From Candidatus Kaiserbacteria bacterium (GTDB taxonomy: Bacteria; Patescibacteriota; Minisyncoccia; Phycocordibacterales; UBA2100): 64,000 bases of DNA. The DNA is taken from NCBI GenBank assembly GCA_016867375.1, contig VGJQ01000001.1, forward strand, positions 21,394 to 85,393. Reading direction: 5' to 3'. This document shows positions 9,609 through 19,115 of this stretch, in pieces. The notes beneath the pieces were generated by a model that saw only the letters and a list, made by a program, of their open reading frames with translations, was not told the origin of the DNA and searched no databases. A program made the translations under genes and the position numbers. How positions within the stretch are numbered: the stretch's first letter is position 1; every line of letters starts with the position of its first letter.

Positions 9609-9653
9609 ATCACACTCGTCAGGGATGCTGCTCGGATGTATAATCCCCGCCAC

Positions 9654-11153
9654 ATGGGGTCAACCATACTCTGGTCTACGGTAATCGGATTTCTCTCTGG
9701 CGTATTTGCGCGGTCTTTTATCCCACTCGGGTACGCTACGATGGGCACGCTTGTCCTCACGTCTTGGGCGCTTCTTGCATACGTCGCTCTCGGTAAAAGA
9801 TACGCGCGCATATGCATCTCATTGGCCGCTTTTTGTTTTCTGTGTGCGGCAGGGATATGGCGCATGGACATGGCGATCATCCCCGTCGACACGACCCTTC
9901 AGGCGCACACTGGTCAACGTGTCACTTTGTCGGGATACGTATTTGCCGAGCCCGACGCGCGCGAAGGCAGCACACGCGTATCCCTCAAGGTCCGCACACT
10001 GAGCATCGCGAGCACCACACTACCCGCACATGCCGGCATACTCGCCGTCCTGCCACCCCATACGCACGTCTCATACGGGGATATCGTCACGGTCTCGGGC
10101 ATCGTACGCATGCCCGAAGCATTTGATACCGGCATCGACCGGACATTCGACTATCCTGGATACCTCGCCACCAACGGTATTTCATACCTGGTATCTTCCG
10201 CACATCTCGAATCCATCGATGGCAACGAGGGCAACATCGCGCAGGCCTCCGTACTGCGCATAAAAAAGATATATCTCGACGGCCTCCATCAGACCTTGAG
10301 CGAGCCACAGGCGGGCCTCGCCGCAGGTATCACCGTCGGCGACAAACGATCCATCGGACCGGAGCGCTCGGAAGAATTCGTACGCGCCGGACTCGTCCAT
10401 ATGCTTGTCCTGTCCGGTTACAACATCACGATCATCCTCAACGCGGCAGCGTACTTCGTATCCTCCTTGCCGCGCGTCCTCCAATTGGGCACGAGCGGCA
10501 TCGTCGTCATGTTTTTTATCCTCCTTTCAGGCGGGGCATCGAGTGCGATACGCGCCGGACTCATGGCGCTCGTCGCTGCATTCGCCCGCCAGCACGGACG
10601 CATCTACCTGCCACTGCGCGCTATCGGGATCGTCGCAGCCGGTATGGTGCTCTGGAATCCATATATCCTTGCATTTGACCCAGGATTCCAGTTATCGGCA
10701 CTTGCCACCATTGGTCTCGTCGCCTTTACGCCGCCTATCGCCTCACACCTCCCTTGGATCACCGCCCGCCTTGGACTGCGCGAGATTGTTGCATCAACCC
10801 TCGCGACCCAAATCACCGTACTACCATTGCTCCTCTACCAAAACGGGCAACTTGCCGCCCTCTCACTTCCGGCAAACATTTTGGCACTCATTCCCGTACC
10901 TTTTGCGATGGCGGCATCGTTTGGCGCAGCGGTACTTGGAGCATTGTTTGGATCGACTGCGGCTATACTGGCATTTCCTGCATATGCACTCCTTTCGTAT
11001 ATACTCAGCATCGCTCATTTTTTCGCCTCGCTTCCGTTTGCGTCGGTATCTATCCGCGCATTCAGCGCCTGGTGGCTCACCATCGTATATATGGGACTCT
11101 TCATGTGGTGGCGATATTATGTCTCTGATGATAAAAACGAAAAAGCGGCCTGA
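9654..11153 (+). CDS. comEC: ComEC/Rec2 competence channel (OB and Competence domains)
   Basis: GLVHMLVLSGYNI, AIRAGLMA, DPGFQLS; start set at ATG 9654 behind TATAAT. Confidence 0.9.
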   Translation: MGSTILWSTVIGFLSGVFARSFIPLGYATMGTLVLTSWALLAYVALGKRYARICISLAAFCFLCAAGIWRMDMAIIPVDTTLQAHTGQRVTLSGYVFAEPDAREGSTRVSLKVRTLSIASTTLPAHAGILAVLPPHTHVSYGDIVTVSGIVRMPEAFDTGIDRTFDYPGYLATNGISYLVSSAHLESIDGNEGNIAQASVLRIKKIYLDGLHQTLSEPQAGLAAGITVGDKRSIGPERSEEFVRAGLVHMLVLSGYNITIILNAAAYFVSSLPRVLQLGTSGIVVMFFILLSGGASSAIRAGLMALVAAFARQHGRIYLPLRAIGIVAAGMVLWNPYILAFDPGFQLSALATIGLVAFTPPIASHLPWITARLGLREIVASTLATQITVLPLLLYQNGQLAALSLPANILALIPVPFAMAASFGAAVLGALFGSTAAILAFPAYALLSYILSIAHFFASLPFASVSIRAFSAWWLTIVYMGLFMWWRYYVSDDKNEKAA

Positions 11154-11164
11154 GGCCGCTTTTT
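11140..11164. terminator. Bidirectional terminator
   Basis: AAAAGCGGCC-TGA-GGCCGCTTTT between convergent genes. Confidence 0.8.
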
Positions 11165-11182
11165 CTCTGATGCACCAGATGC

Positions 11183-11638
11183 TTACATCATTGGCGTCTG
11201 TGCCCTGCCAGACTTCATCTGGAGGTACCACCCGACGACAACAGCAGGGATCACCCAGTATGCGAGGACGACGAGCGTCGACCAATTCCACAGGAAGGGG
11301 AAGAAGCGTGGCAACACACCAACCACTTCAGCGAGCGAGCCCGTCTGCAAGACGACGCCGGCCAACCCAGAGACAAATGTGGTAGCTACTGAAACCAAGA
11401 AGCCGACGACGCCAAAAATGACGCCCGTCTTCATCATCCTGCCGCGCGATTCACCGCCGAAATACCACCATGCGATGAGTCCGCTCGCGATGAGCGCAAA
11501 CACGACAAACATGACGTACTGCATAGTAAGCAGGCCGCCTGTCTGCGATGCGGGGAAGAGTGCCGCAAGAGCCGCTACGACGTTGTTGATAAGATAGTTA
11601 CCCAAAAACGGAATCAAAATGAGTCTTTCGATCTTCAT
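11183..11638 (-). CDS. Hypothetical 4-TM membrane protein
   Basis: 151-aa hydrophobic ORF. Confidence 0.7.
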   Translation of the reverse strand: MKIERLILIPFLGNYLINNVVAALAALFPASQTGGLLTMQYVMFVVFALIASGLIAWWYFGGESRGRMMKTGVIFGVVGFLVSVATTFVSGLAGVVLQTGSLAEVVGVLPRFFPFLWNWSTLVVLAYWVIPAVVVGWYLQMKSGRAQTPMM

Positions 11639-11689
11639 ACCTATAATTGTTTATATTTCTCCTACTAATGGTAATACCGTAATGATAGC

Positions 11690-12289
11690 CTACCCCTGCG
11701 CCTGTGCAAATCGGTTTTCCACTGCCTGCCAGTTGAGGTTTTTGAAGAAGGCTTCGACATGTTTGGCCTTCTCGGCAGGGATATAGTCCACCATATAGGC
11801 ATGCTCCCACATATCCATAGCTAAGAGCACCTTCACGTCTGCAAGCGTGCCGAGCTCATGGTCTGCCGTCCAGTATATATGCGGTGTTTTACCTGCAACA
11901 TCCCATACGAGCGTGCACCAGCCGGATCCTCGACTCATACCCACTTGCTTAAAATGAGCAATAAAGTTGTCCCACGAACCGTATTTTTGAGATACGGCGG
12001 CATCGAGCGCGCTACCGCGCGACTCATCGGAAGAACCTCCTTCCCATTGAGGAAAGTAGAATTCGTGCATGCGCATGCCATTGAATTCAAATCCTATGCG
12101 GCGACGCGTTGATTCGATGGCAAAAGCGTATTTTTGAGGGTCGACCGCAGTCAGATCAGCAATCTGCTCTCGTAGGAGATTGATATGCTTCACGTATCCC
12201 TGGTAGAGCGCCAGGTGTACGTCGATCTGCTTCTGCGAGATCCCGTCGAGTGCGGGAATATCAAAGCTTTTTGGTTCGTACGTATGCAT
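11690..12289 (-). CDS. Fe/Mn superoxide dismutase family protein
   Basis: H..LYQGYV, FEFNGMRMHEFYF, DMWEHAY motif. Confidence 0.92.
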   Translation of the reverse strand: MHTYEPKSFDIPALDGISQKQIDVHLALYQGYVKHINLLREQIADLTAVDPQKYAFAIESTRRRIGFEFNGMRMHEFYFPQWEGGSSDESRGSALDAAVSQKYGSWDNFIAHFKQVGMSRGSGWCTLVWDVAGKTPHIYWTADHELGTLADVKVLLAMDMWEHAYMVDYIPAEKAKHVEAFFKNLNWQAVENRFAQAQG

Positions 12290-12366
12290 AGGGAAATGAT
12301 GAGGGCTGAGTAATGAAGAAAGTATAGCATTTTGAGGAATGCAGTCTCAGTGAGATACTGCCGCCC

Positions 12367-13254
12367 ATGCGCCGAAGTGCCCAGATTACCGGCATCGCCA
12401 TAGCGATCCTCTGCATGACGGCAGGCATCATCTGGTATGCTGTGGTGCAAGAGAGTCGGGCAGGCGTCCTTACGGTATCTTTTCTCGATGTGGGTCAGGG
12501 AGATGCCGTATTCATCACATCACCATCCGGCAATACCGTACTGATCGATGGGGGTCAGACCTCGAGGGTTTTACGTGAGCTCGGCACCGTTATACCGTGG
12601 TACGACCGATCGATCGACGTGATCATCCCGACGCACGCGGATGCCGATCATATAGGTGGCCTTATCGACGTACTCGACCGCTACCAGGTAAGCCATATCA
12701 TCCGCCCGAGCACCGAGGGCACTACTGCACTGTGGCGCACATTCACTGAGAAGATCAAAGTAGCCACCACACAGGGGACACACGTGACGATCGCACAACG
12801 TGGGCAGATCATTAATCTCGGTGGTTCGACAGGCTCACCACAGGCGCCGCACGCCTACCTTGAGGTACTTATGCCTGATCGCCCTGCCCCAGACCTCGAC
12901 ACCAACACAGGCTGCATCGTCACCCGTCTCGTATACGGTGATACGGCTTTTTTGCTCCCGTGCGATGCACCACAAGCGATAGAAAAGTACCTTGTGATGC
13001 TCGATGGCACCGATCTGCGCTCCGACGTACTCAAAGCGGGACATCACGGGTCAAAAACCTCATCCGGCCCCTTATTTTTGGGTTACGTAAATCCACATTT
13101 CGGCGTGTACTCACGTGGCTGCGACAATACATATGGTATGCCGCACAAAGAAACCATCGCCACGTTTGAAGCATTCGACATTCCGACCCTTGATACATGC
13201 GAGCAGGGGACGATCACGTTTGAGAGCGATGGACAAAAAGTGACCGTAAAATAA
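12367..13254 (+). CDS. Stand-alone ComEC-type metallo-beta-lactamase domain protein
   Basis: FLDVGQGDA, THADADHIGG, KAGHHGSKTS; N-terminal TM. Confidence 0.9.
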   Translation: MRRSAQITGIAIAILCMTAGIIWYAVVQESRAGVLTVSFLDVGQGDAVFITSPSGNTVLIDGGQTSRVLRELGTVIPWYDRSIDVIIPTHADADHIGGLIDVLDRYQVSHIIRPSTEGTTALWRTFTEKIKVATTQGTHVTIAQRGQIINLGGSTGSPQAPHAYLEVLMPDRPAPDLDTNTGCIVTRLVYGDTAFLLPCDAPQAIEKYLVMLDGTDLRSDVLKAGHHGSKTSSGPLFLGYVNPHFGVYSRGCDNTYGMPHKETIATFEAFDIPTLDTCEQGTITFESDGQKVTVK

Positions 13255-13390
13255 AGCTCGTTTAGGAGGAGGTTAAACCTCCTGCTTGACGTAACAGACG
13301 AGATTAGGTGCCCTCTCGATGATGTGCCTGCCCGGCACACAGAAAAAACGGAGGGGGATGACCTCCGTTTCTAAGTCCATCATTATTATT

Positions 13391-13729
13391 TCATAACAGA
13401 ATTGGTACGAGCAACGGATCGATGGATGTAATCTTGCTCTTCAAAGATTCATAGGCTTGCGGGTAGTTGGTAGGCGACGCCCCCCACTTATTGATAAGGT
13501 AACGGACCTCAGCCATGTCCGCTACCCCATTCTCACAAGGTCTCACCTCAATGACCTCTATGTATTCGCGTGCACAAATTTCAATACCATTGATGCACTT
13601 GCCGATCTTTTGTGCGAACATAATATCCGGCGCTTCGACGATCACATTTCTATCTTTGTCACTTTTTACAGAACGATCATCCACATCATCGTAATAGATG
13701 GTCGCGTATTTGATGCTAAACAACGACAT
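13391..13729 (-). CDS. Hypothetical protein (AT-richer; start uncertain)
   Basis: ORF followed by hairpin AAACGGAGG...CCTCCGTTT at about 13345-13371. Confidence 0.45.
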   Translation of the reverse strand: MSLFSIKYATIYYDDVDDRSVKSDKDRNVIVEAPDIMFAQKIGKCINGIEICAREYIEVIEVRPCENGVADMAEVRYLINKWGASPTNYPQAYESLKSKITSIDPLLVPILL

Positions 13730-13840
13730 TTTCAAGCTCCTCGGTTTTTGTGTTCTATATAACAACCCCAATATCCAAACTATCAAAAATATATCTTATC
13801 GGCAAACTGCCTGAATCTCACTTTATGATATAGTTTCTCG

Positions 13841-16800
13841 GTGAACGCCGAATCCCGATACTTACACGGTCTCAACGAACGACAAAAAGAGGCGGTACTC
13901 CACACCGAGGGGCCGCTTCTCATCATTGCAGGAGCGGGGGCGGGCAAGACTAAGACCATCACACACCGCATCGCACACATGATCGAGCAGGGGGTACCAG
14001 CGCGACAAATCCTCGCCGTGACGTTTACCAATAAGGCGGCGGGGGAGATGCGTGAACGCGTCAAGAAATTGATCCCTGAGGGAAGGGGCGTCCCTTTGGT
14101 CGCGACATTTCATAGCCTGGGTGTGCGGCTTTTGCGCGAATTCCATGAGGAAGCGGGGCTTGAGCGCGGTTTTAGTATCTGGGATCGCGACGATAGTATG
14201 CGCGTCATCAAGCGTGCGCTCGAAAAGCTCAATATCGAGACGATCCCCGGCCGCAATGTACTGTCGGCGATTTCCCGCGCAAAAGGGGATGGCATCTCGC
14301 GCGAGGAGTACGATCGCGACGCCAATTCATTCCACGAGCGCACGGTCGCCCAAGTATGGCAGATCTACGACAAGGCGCTTCACGAAGAGGGTGCCTTGGA
14401 TTTCGACGACCTCCTGGGTCGTACACTTATGCTTCTACAGAACTCGCCGCGCGTGCTTGAACTTTTGAGGGGTCGCTGGCACTACATCACGATCGACGAA
14501 TATCAAGACACCAACGCCGCGCAATACGAGATTGCACGCTTGCTTTCTGGCGAGCGCCGCAATCTCTGCGTCGTCGGCGATATCGACCAGTGTGTTGCGG
14601 AAGGAACACTCATTACTATGGCAGATGGAGAAAAAAAACCTATCGAACGTGTCAAAAAGGGTGATTTAGTGCTATCAAACTATGGCAGCGGCGCCATGCG
14701 CCCATCACACGTCCATCGGATACACAGGCGATCAACAAGGGAAACAGTGACTATCACCACAAAATCCGGCCGTAGACTGACGACCACATCGGATCATGTA
14801 CATTTTGCCGGATATCGGCTCGGTATCGTGCCACAGATGTATTTCACGTACCTTATGTATAAGCACGGCGTCGGGTACCGACTTGGAGTATCACAAGTCT
14901 ATGCCAACGGCCAACGAACTCCAATGGTCGGATTCCAACAACGCTGCAACCATGAACACGGGGATGCTGTATGGATCATTGGAACTCATACCGCCTCGAA
15001 CGATGCGCGCGTCATGGAGTACACACTCTCTCTCCAATACCAAATACCGACACTACCATTCGTGGCGCGCAAAGGAGTGAGTGTCGGCGGATATGTACAC
15101 GACCAAAGGGTTATAGATGCACTATTCGCCACAATCGATACAGAAAAGGGAGCCTTTCGGCTACTTCGAGACCGTGGCCTGTCGCGCGATTACCCCCACC
15201 ACCGAGCACAGTCTCGAGACAGTAATCGGCGTAATGTAACGATCACGCTCTGTGGCGATCAGCGCGGTAAAACCCCTATGCATCGTATATCAATGACCGG
15301 AAATGACGACGAAGGGAAACATCTTTTGCAATCTATCGGACTTTCCGTGCGTTCTGTAAAGAATGGATCATCGAGCTGGCGTTTCGAGAGTGCACACGCC
15401 GACTACGCAGCCTTGCGTGAACGTGTCATGCACATCTCTACTGTGTTTCCCAGACTTGCCATAATTGAGAATGCACGACTTGGTGGCAATAAGGCAAATC
15501 CAAAAGATGGAAATTCGCTCGGTTTCCTACCAGCCGCATCGGTGCTTCCTGGCATGGCCCTGTTCGACGAGGTGGGAGGATACGACATTATAACTGGTGT
15601 AGAAAAAGCTACTCAAACCAGGCGCGTTTACGACATCGACATCGAACACACACACAATTTCATCGCAAATGGCATTATCACGCACAATTCGATATATACT
15701 TGGCGCGGGGCCGACATCGAACACTTGATGAACTTCGAGACTCAGTTCCCGGGTACCAAAGTCATCCTCCTCGAACAAAATTACCGTTCTACGCGCACCA
15801 TCCTCACCGCTGCCAATGCGGTGATTGCTAAAAACAAACGCCGCAAAGAGAAAAATCTTTTTACCGACAACGACACAGGCGAACCGATCCATACATACGC
15901 CGCGCGCAATGAAATGGACGAATCGTGGTTTGTCGCACAGACAGCGGTCGAGATGATACAGGGGGGCATCAGGCCCGACGAAATCGCAATCCTTTACCGG
16001 GAGAACTTCCAGTCGCGTGCACTCGAAGAGGCACTCCTCGCATTCTCAGTGCCCTATCGCGTGCTCGGCACCAAATTCTTCGAACGCAAAGAAGTGAAAG
16101 ACACGCTCTCATATCTGCGCGCTGCGCTCAATCCGAAAAGCAAAGTCGATCTCGTGCGCGTGGCCGCTGTACCACCGCGCGGTATCGGCAAAGTGACGCT
16201 CGATAAAATGCTTGCCCCGTTAGAAAAACCAGATACTAACGGCTTCACGTCAATATGGGACCAGTTTTTTCTAACGGGGCGAGTGGGGGATGAGTCTTCC
16301 ATCACAGGAGCAACACTCATCAAGGTGACAAAATTCCGTGAACAGATCGCGGCTATACGCAAAGCAATCGAAACGTTACCCGCATCTGAAGCGGTGCGAT
16401 ACACCGTCGAAGTGTCCGGTATGGAAAAGATGTATCAGGAAGACAAGAAAGAGGGGATAGAGCGTCTCGAAAACATCCACGAGCTCGTCAATCTCGCCGT
16501 GCGCTACGATGAGGAGCTCCCCCCAGTTGGTATCGAAAAGCTCCTCGAAGAAGCCGCCCTCCAGTCCGACCAGGATGAGCTTGAGGAGCCCCAGGCAGCA
16601 GTCTCCCTTATGACCATTCATGCGTCCAAAGGTCTCGAATTCGACGCGGTGTTTGTGACCGGCCTCGAGCAAGGCCTCTTTCCGTCACTACGCGAAGATA
16701 CGCGCGACCCCGAAGAAGAGCGCCGACTCTTCTACGTCGCTGTCACACGCGCGCGCAAGCGGCTCTTCCTCAGTCATGCCGGCGAACGCATGAAATACGG

Positions 16801-16918
16801 CTCGCGCGAGCGCGCCCTGCGATCAGAATTCATCCACGACATCGACCAGCGCCTCATCGTCCACTCCTCACGCGACGGTGGCGTAGAAGGGCAATCGGGA
16901 GAGGGAATTATTTGGTAA
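13841..16918 (+). CDS. pcrA: UvrD/PcrA helicase precursor containing an intein
   Basis: AGAGAGKT, TFTNKAA, IDEYQD, GDIDQ|...|SIYTWRGA, LEQNYRS, TIHASKGLEF, EEERRLFYVAVTRA. Confidence 0.93.
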   Translation: MNAESRYLHGLNERQKEAVLHTEGPLLIIAGAGAGKTKTITHRIAHMIEQGVPARQILAVTFTNKAAGEMRERVKKLIPEGRGVPLVATFHSLGVRLLREFHEEAGLERGFSIWDRDDSMRVIKRALEKLNIETIPGRNVLSAISRAKGDGISREEYDRDANSFHERTVAQVWQIYDKALHEEGALDFDDLLGRTLMLLQNSPRVLELLRGRWHYITIDEYQDTNAAQYEIARLLSGERRNLCVVGDIDQCVAEGTLITMADGEKKPIERVKKGDLVLSNYGSGAMRPSHVHRIHRRSTRETVTITTKSGRRLTTTSDHVHFAGYRLGIVPQMYFTYLMYKHGVGYRLGVSQVYANGQRTPMVGFQQRCNHEHGDAVWIIGTHTASNDARVMEYTLSLQYQIPTLPFVARKGVSVGGYVHDQRVIDALFATIDTEKGAFRLLRDRGLSRDYPHHRAQSRDSNRRNVTITLCGDQRGKTPMHRISMTGNDDEGKHLLQSIGLSVRSVKNGSSSWRFESAHADYAALRERVMHISTVFPRLAIIENARLGGNKANPKDGNSLGFLPAASVLPGMALFDEVGGYDIITGVEKATQTRRVYDIDIEHTHNFIANGIITHNSIYTWRGADIEHLMNFETQFPGTKVILLEQNYRSTRTILTAANAVIAKNKRRKEKNLFTDNDTGEPIHTYAARNEMDESWFVAQTAVEMIQGGIRPDEIAILYRENFQSRALEEALLAFSVPYRVLGTKFFERKEVKDTLSYLRAALNPKSKVDLVRVAAVPPRGIGKVTLDKMLAPLEKPDTNGFTSIWDQFFLTGRVGDESSITGATLIKVTKFREQIAAIRKAIETLPASEAVRYTVEVSGMEKMYQEDKKEGIERLENIHELVNLAVRYDEELPPVGIEKLLEEAALQSDQDELEEPQAAVSLMTIHASKGLEFDAVFVTGLEQGLFPSLREDTRDPEEERRLFYVAVTRARKRLFLSHAGERMKYGSRERALRSEFIHDIDQRLIVHSSRDGGVEGQSGEGIIW
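14591..15688 (+). mobile_element. Intein (366 aa) in UvrD/PcrA motif III
   Basis: Begins CVAEGT, block B TSDH, ends VYDIDIEHTHNFIANGIITHN followed by Ser+1. Confidence 0.93.
16214..16280. repeat. MITE-like inverted-repeat element in-frame within uvrD
   Basis: GCCCCGTTAGAAAAA...TTTTTCTAACGGGGC, encoding PLEKPDTNGFTSIWDQFFLTG. Confidence 0.75.
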
Positions 16919-16958
16919 GGGTTCGTCCACGAATAACGTACCCGTTATGTGTGAACTA
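16919..16958 (+). repeat. GGGCTCGTCCAC-family MITE-like hairpin
   Basis: Directly after the uvrD TAA; homologous to copies at 20031, 35511, 36772 and 56589. Confidence 0.75.
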
Positions 16959-17019
16959 TGGCACATCGGCATAGTATTTTTGGAAACCAGGTTCCTTAAT
17001 GATAGTATGCCGGTACTTT

Positions 17020-17766
17020 ATGGCTTCACGCAAAGTACCGCTTGTACCCAATGAATATTTCCATGTCTACAATAGGGGTGTAGACGGTCGCTCTATTATT
17101 CAAGATAAAGAAGATCTTGGACGCCTGTTAAACAGTATGCGCGTTTTTAACCGCGTCGAACCGGTGGGAAGCCTTTATGCGTTTTCATTCCACGACCCTC
17201 AGTTAAGGAACCAGGTTCCTAAGTTGGAAGACAGTAAGCACCTTGTGTCTATCGTGTCTTTCAACATTCTCCCGAATCACATCCATTTCGTCCTGAAGCC
17301 ACTCGTTGAGAAAGGTGGGAGTGAGTATGTAAAACGTGTTATCGGAGGATTCACATTGTTCTTCAATGAAAAGTACGGGCGAACTGGGCCTCTTTTTCAA
17401 AGTCCGTTTAAAAGTACGCATATCCGCAGCACTCACCACTTGTTACACATGCAAACGTATGTCAATTTAAATGATTATATTCACGGACGAGGGCAATTTC
17501 CTGAATGGGTGGGTGCCAGCAGTTGGGGTATGTTCACCACTAAAACAATGAACGATATCTGCGACCCAATTGAGGTCGAAGCTATTCTTTCCCATTTTCC
17601 CAATCGTAGTGAATATCGAAAACGGGCCCTCGAAACTGCCGATGCAATATGGCAAGAGCGTATGGCAGACGAAATCGAGCAAACAACGCAGGGACGCGAT
17701 ATTGCGGACCAAGCCGCTCTGGAGAAGAATATTCTTCCCCAACTTAGGAACCAGGTTCCTAAGTGA
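17020..17766 (+). CDS. Y1 HUH transposase, REP-associated (RAYT-like)
   Basis: YFHVYNRG, PNHIHF (HUH), GPLFQSPFKS, YVNLN; associated AGGAACCAGGTTCCT palindromes. Confidence 0.88.
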   Translation: MASRKVPLVPNEYFHVYNRGVDGRSIIQDKEDLGRLLNSMRVFNRVEPVGSLYAFSFHDPQLRNQVPKLEDSKHLVSIVSFNILPNHIHFVLKPLVEKGGSEYVKRVIGGFTLFFNEKYGRTGPLFQSPFKSTHIRSTHHLLHMQTYVNLNDYIHGRGQFPEWVGASSWGMFTTKTMNDICDPIEVEAILSHFPNRSEYRKRALETADAIWQERMADEIEQTTQGRDIADQAALEKNILPQLRNQVPK

Positions 17767-17771
17767 TTACT

Positions 17772-18572
17772 ATGGGTATTCGTCTTGGTCAGCATTTTTT
17801 GAAAAATCAGTATTTTGCGCAAATGCTCGCGCAGGCTGCTCACATTACTCCGGATGACACCGTCGTCGAGGTCGGCCCCGGCAAGGGAGCACTCACCAAA
17901 GAGCTCCTCAAACATTCGCGCAGGGTCCTCGCCATCGAAAAAGACCCTGCACTGATCGAAAAACTGCGCGAAACATTTCCCGATGAAGTTGCAGGCGGCG
18001 CACTCACTATTATCAGTGGGGACATTCGCAATTTTAAACCAGAAACCTGTCGAGGTCTGACCTCGACAGGGTATGTGGTTGCGGCGAATATTCCTTACTA
18101 CATCACCGGCGAGATCATCCGCCAATTTTTGGAGTGCGACACACCTCCACGCACCATGGCGCTTTTGATCCAAAAAGAAGTGGCGCAGCGCATCGTCGCA
18201 CACGACAAAAAAGAAAGCATCCTTTCTATCTCGGTCAAAGCGTATGGACGCCCGCGCATCGTGGCAAAGGTAGGGAAGGGGTGTTTTAACCCACCACCAT
18301 CGGTAGATTCTGCCATCATCGCCATCGAAGATATCTCAAAAGACTTTTTCTCGGGATTTGATGAGCAATCTTTTTTCAAAGTGGTCCGTGCCGGCTTCGC
18401 CTCAAAACGCAAGTATCTCGGCAATAATTTGGCCGTCATATTTGAAAAGGAGAGGGTGTCGCAGGTATTTGCAGCACTCGACATCGCGGAAAAGACCCGC
18501 GCCGAAGATGTGCCGCTCCAAAAATGGAAACTTTTGACATTGCAATTATTCGAACGAGGCTTTCAAAATTGA
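17772..18572 (+). CDS. rsmA: 16S rRNA dimethyltransferase RsmA/KsgA
   Basis: LGQHFL, VEVGPGKGALT, ANIPYYIT, QKEVAQR, FNPPPSVDSA. Confidence 0.95.
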   Translation: MGIRLGQHFLKNQYFAQMLAQAAHITPDDTVVEVGPGKGALTKELLKHSRRVLAIEKDPALIEKLRETFPDEVAGGALTIISGDIRNFKPETCRGLTSTGYVVAANIPYYITGEIIRQFLECDTPPRTMALLIQKEVAQRIVAHDKKESILSISVKAYGRPRIVAKVGKGCFNPPPSVDSAIIAIEDISKDFFSGFDEQSFFKVVRAGFASKRKYLGNNLAVIFEKERVSQVFAALDIAEKTRAEDVPLQKWKLLTLQLFERGFQN

Positions 18573-18674
18573 GTGCGATTCTAGGAGCGCGAGAAAAATA
18601 TTTTGAGCCGTACTAGAGGTACGGTGAAACATATTTTGCGATGGGCGACGACGAAGCGTACCAATTTTGGAAGC

Positions 18675-19016
18675 CTACTGCGAAGAGCCGTGCATGATGA
18701 TCGAGCTACCTGACCGCACATCAATCGGCACGATGGTATAGAGACAAGCAGTCGGAGCACCCGCAAGCCCCAGGAGCCACTGCCCAGCATGGCTCGGCGG
18801 GCCAAAAGCGTACGAGCGCGTCCCGCTTGTCCAGATATAGACCCCTGGCACCGGGGGGCCGAGGCGAACGTAGATTGTCCTGTTGTAACAACGATGCACT
18901 TCGGACGCCTGACCACCGAAGGGAAATGCATACACGAGAGAAGGAAGCATCGCACATACCACCAGCAAGAGTGTCATCAATGCGACCGGTGTGCGCCACG
19001 TAGCGATGAGGGTCAT
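18675..19016 (-). CDS. Small secreted protein with two Cys
   Basis: Signal peptide ending VYA-FPFGG; GQWLLG motif. Confidence 0.65.
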   Translation of the reverse strand: MTLIATWRTPVALMTLLLVVCAMLPSLVYAFPFGGQASEVHRCYNRTIYVRLGPPVPGVYIWTSGTRSYAFGPPSHAGQWLLGLAGAPTACLYTIVPIDVRSGSSIIMHGSSQ

Positions 19017-19115
19017 ATGCGTATCCTATCACCCCTTTTAGACACGAAGCGAGTTATCCCCCACGGCACAAAAGTGACACACACCCTCTCCAGGACCCGG
19101 TGTATCATTATCCGC

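Noticed and set aside
9486-9653. N-terminal extension of ComEC in the ORF track
   Set aside because: It runs through structured element B; ATG 9654 behind TATAAT is the more plausible start
18580-18675. Possible IS-end remnant with CCGTAC..GTACGG hairpin
   Set aside because: Single copy, and no terminal repeat pair could be defined
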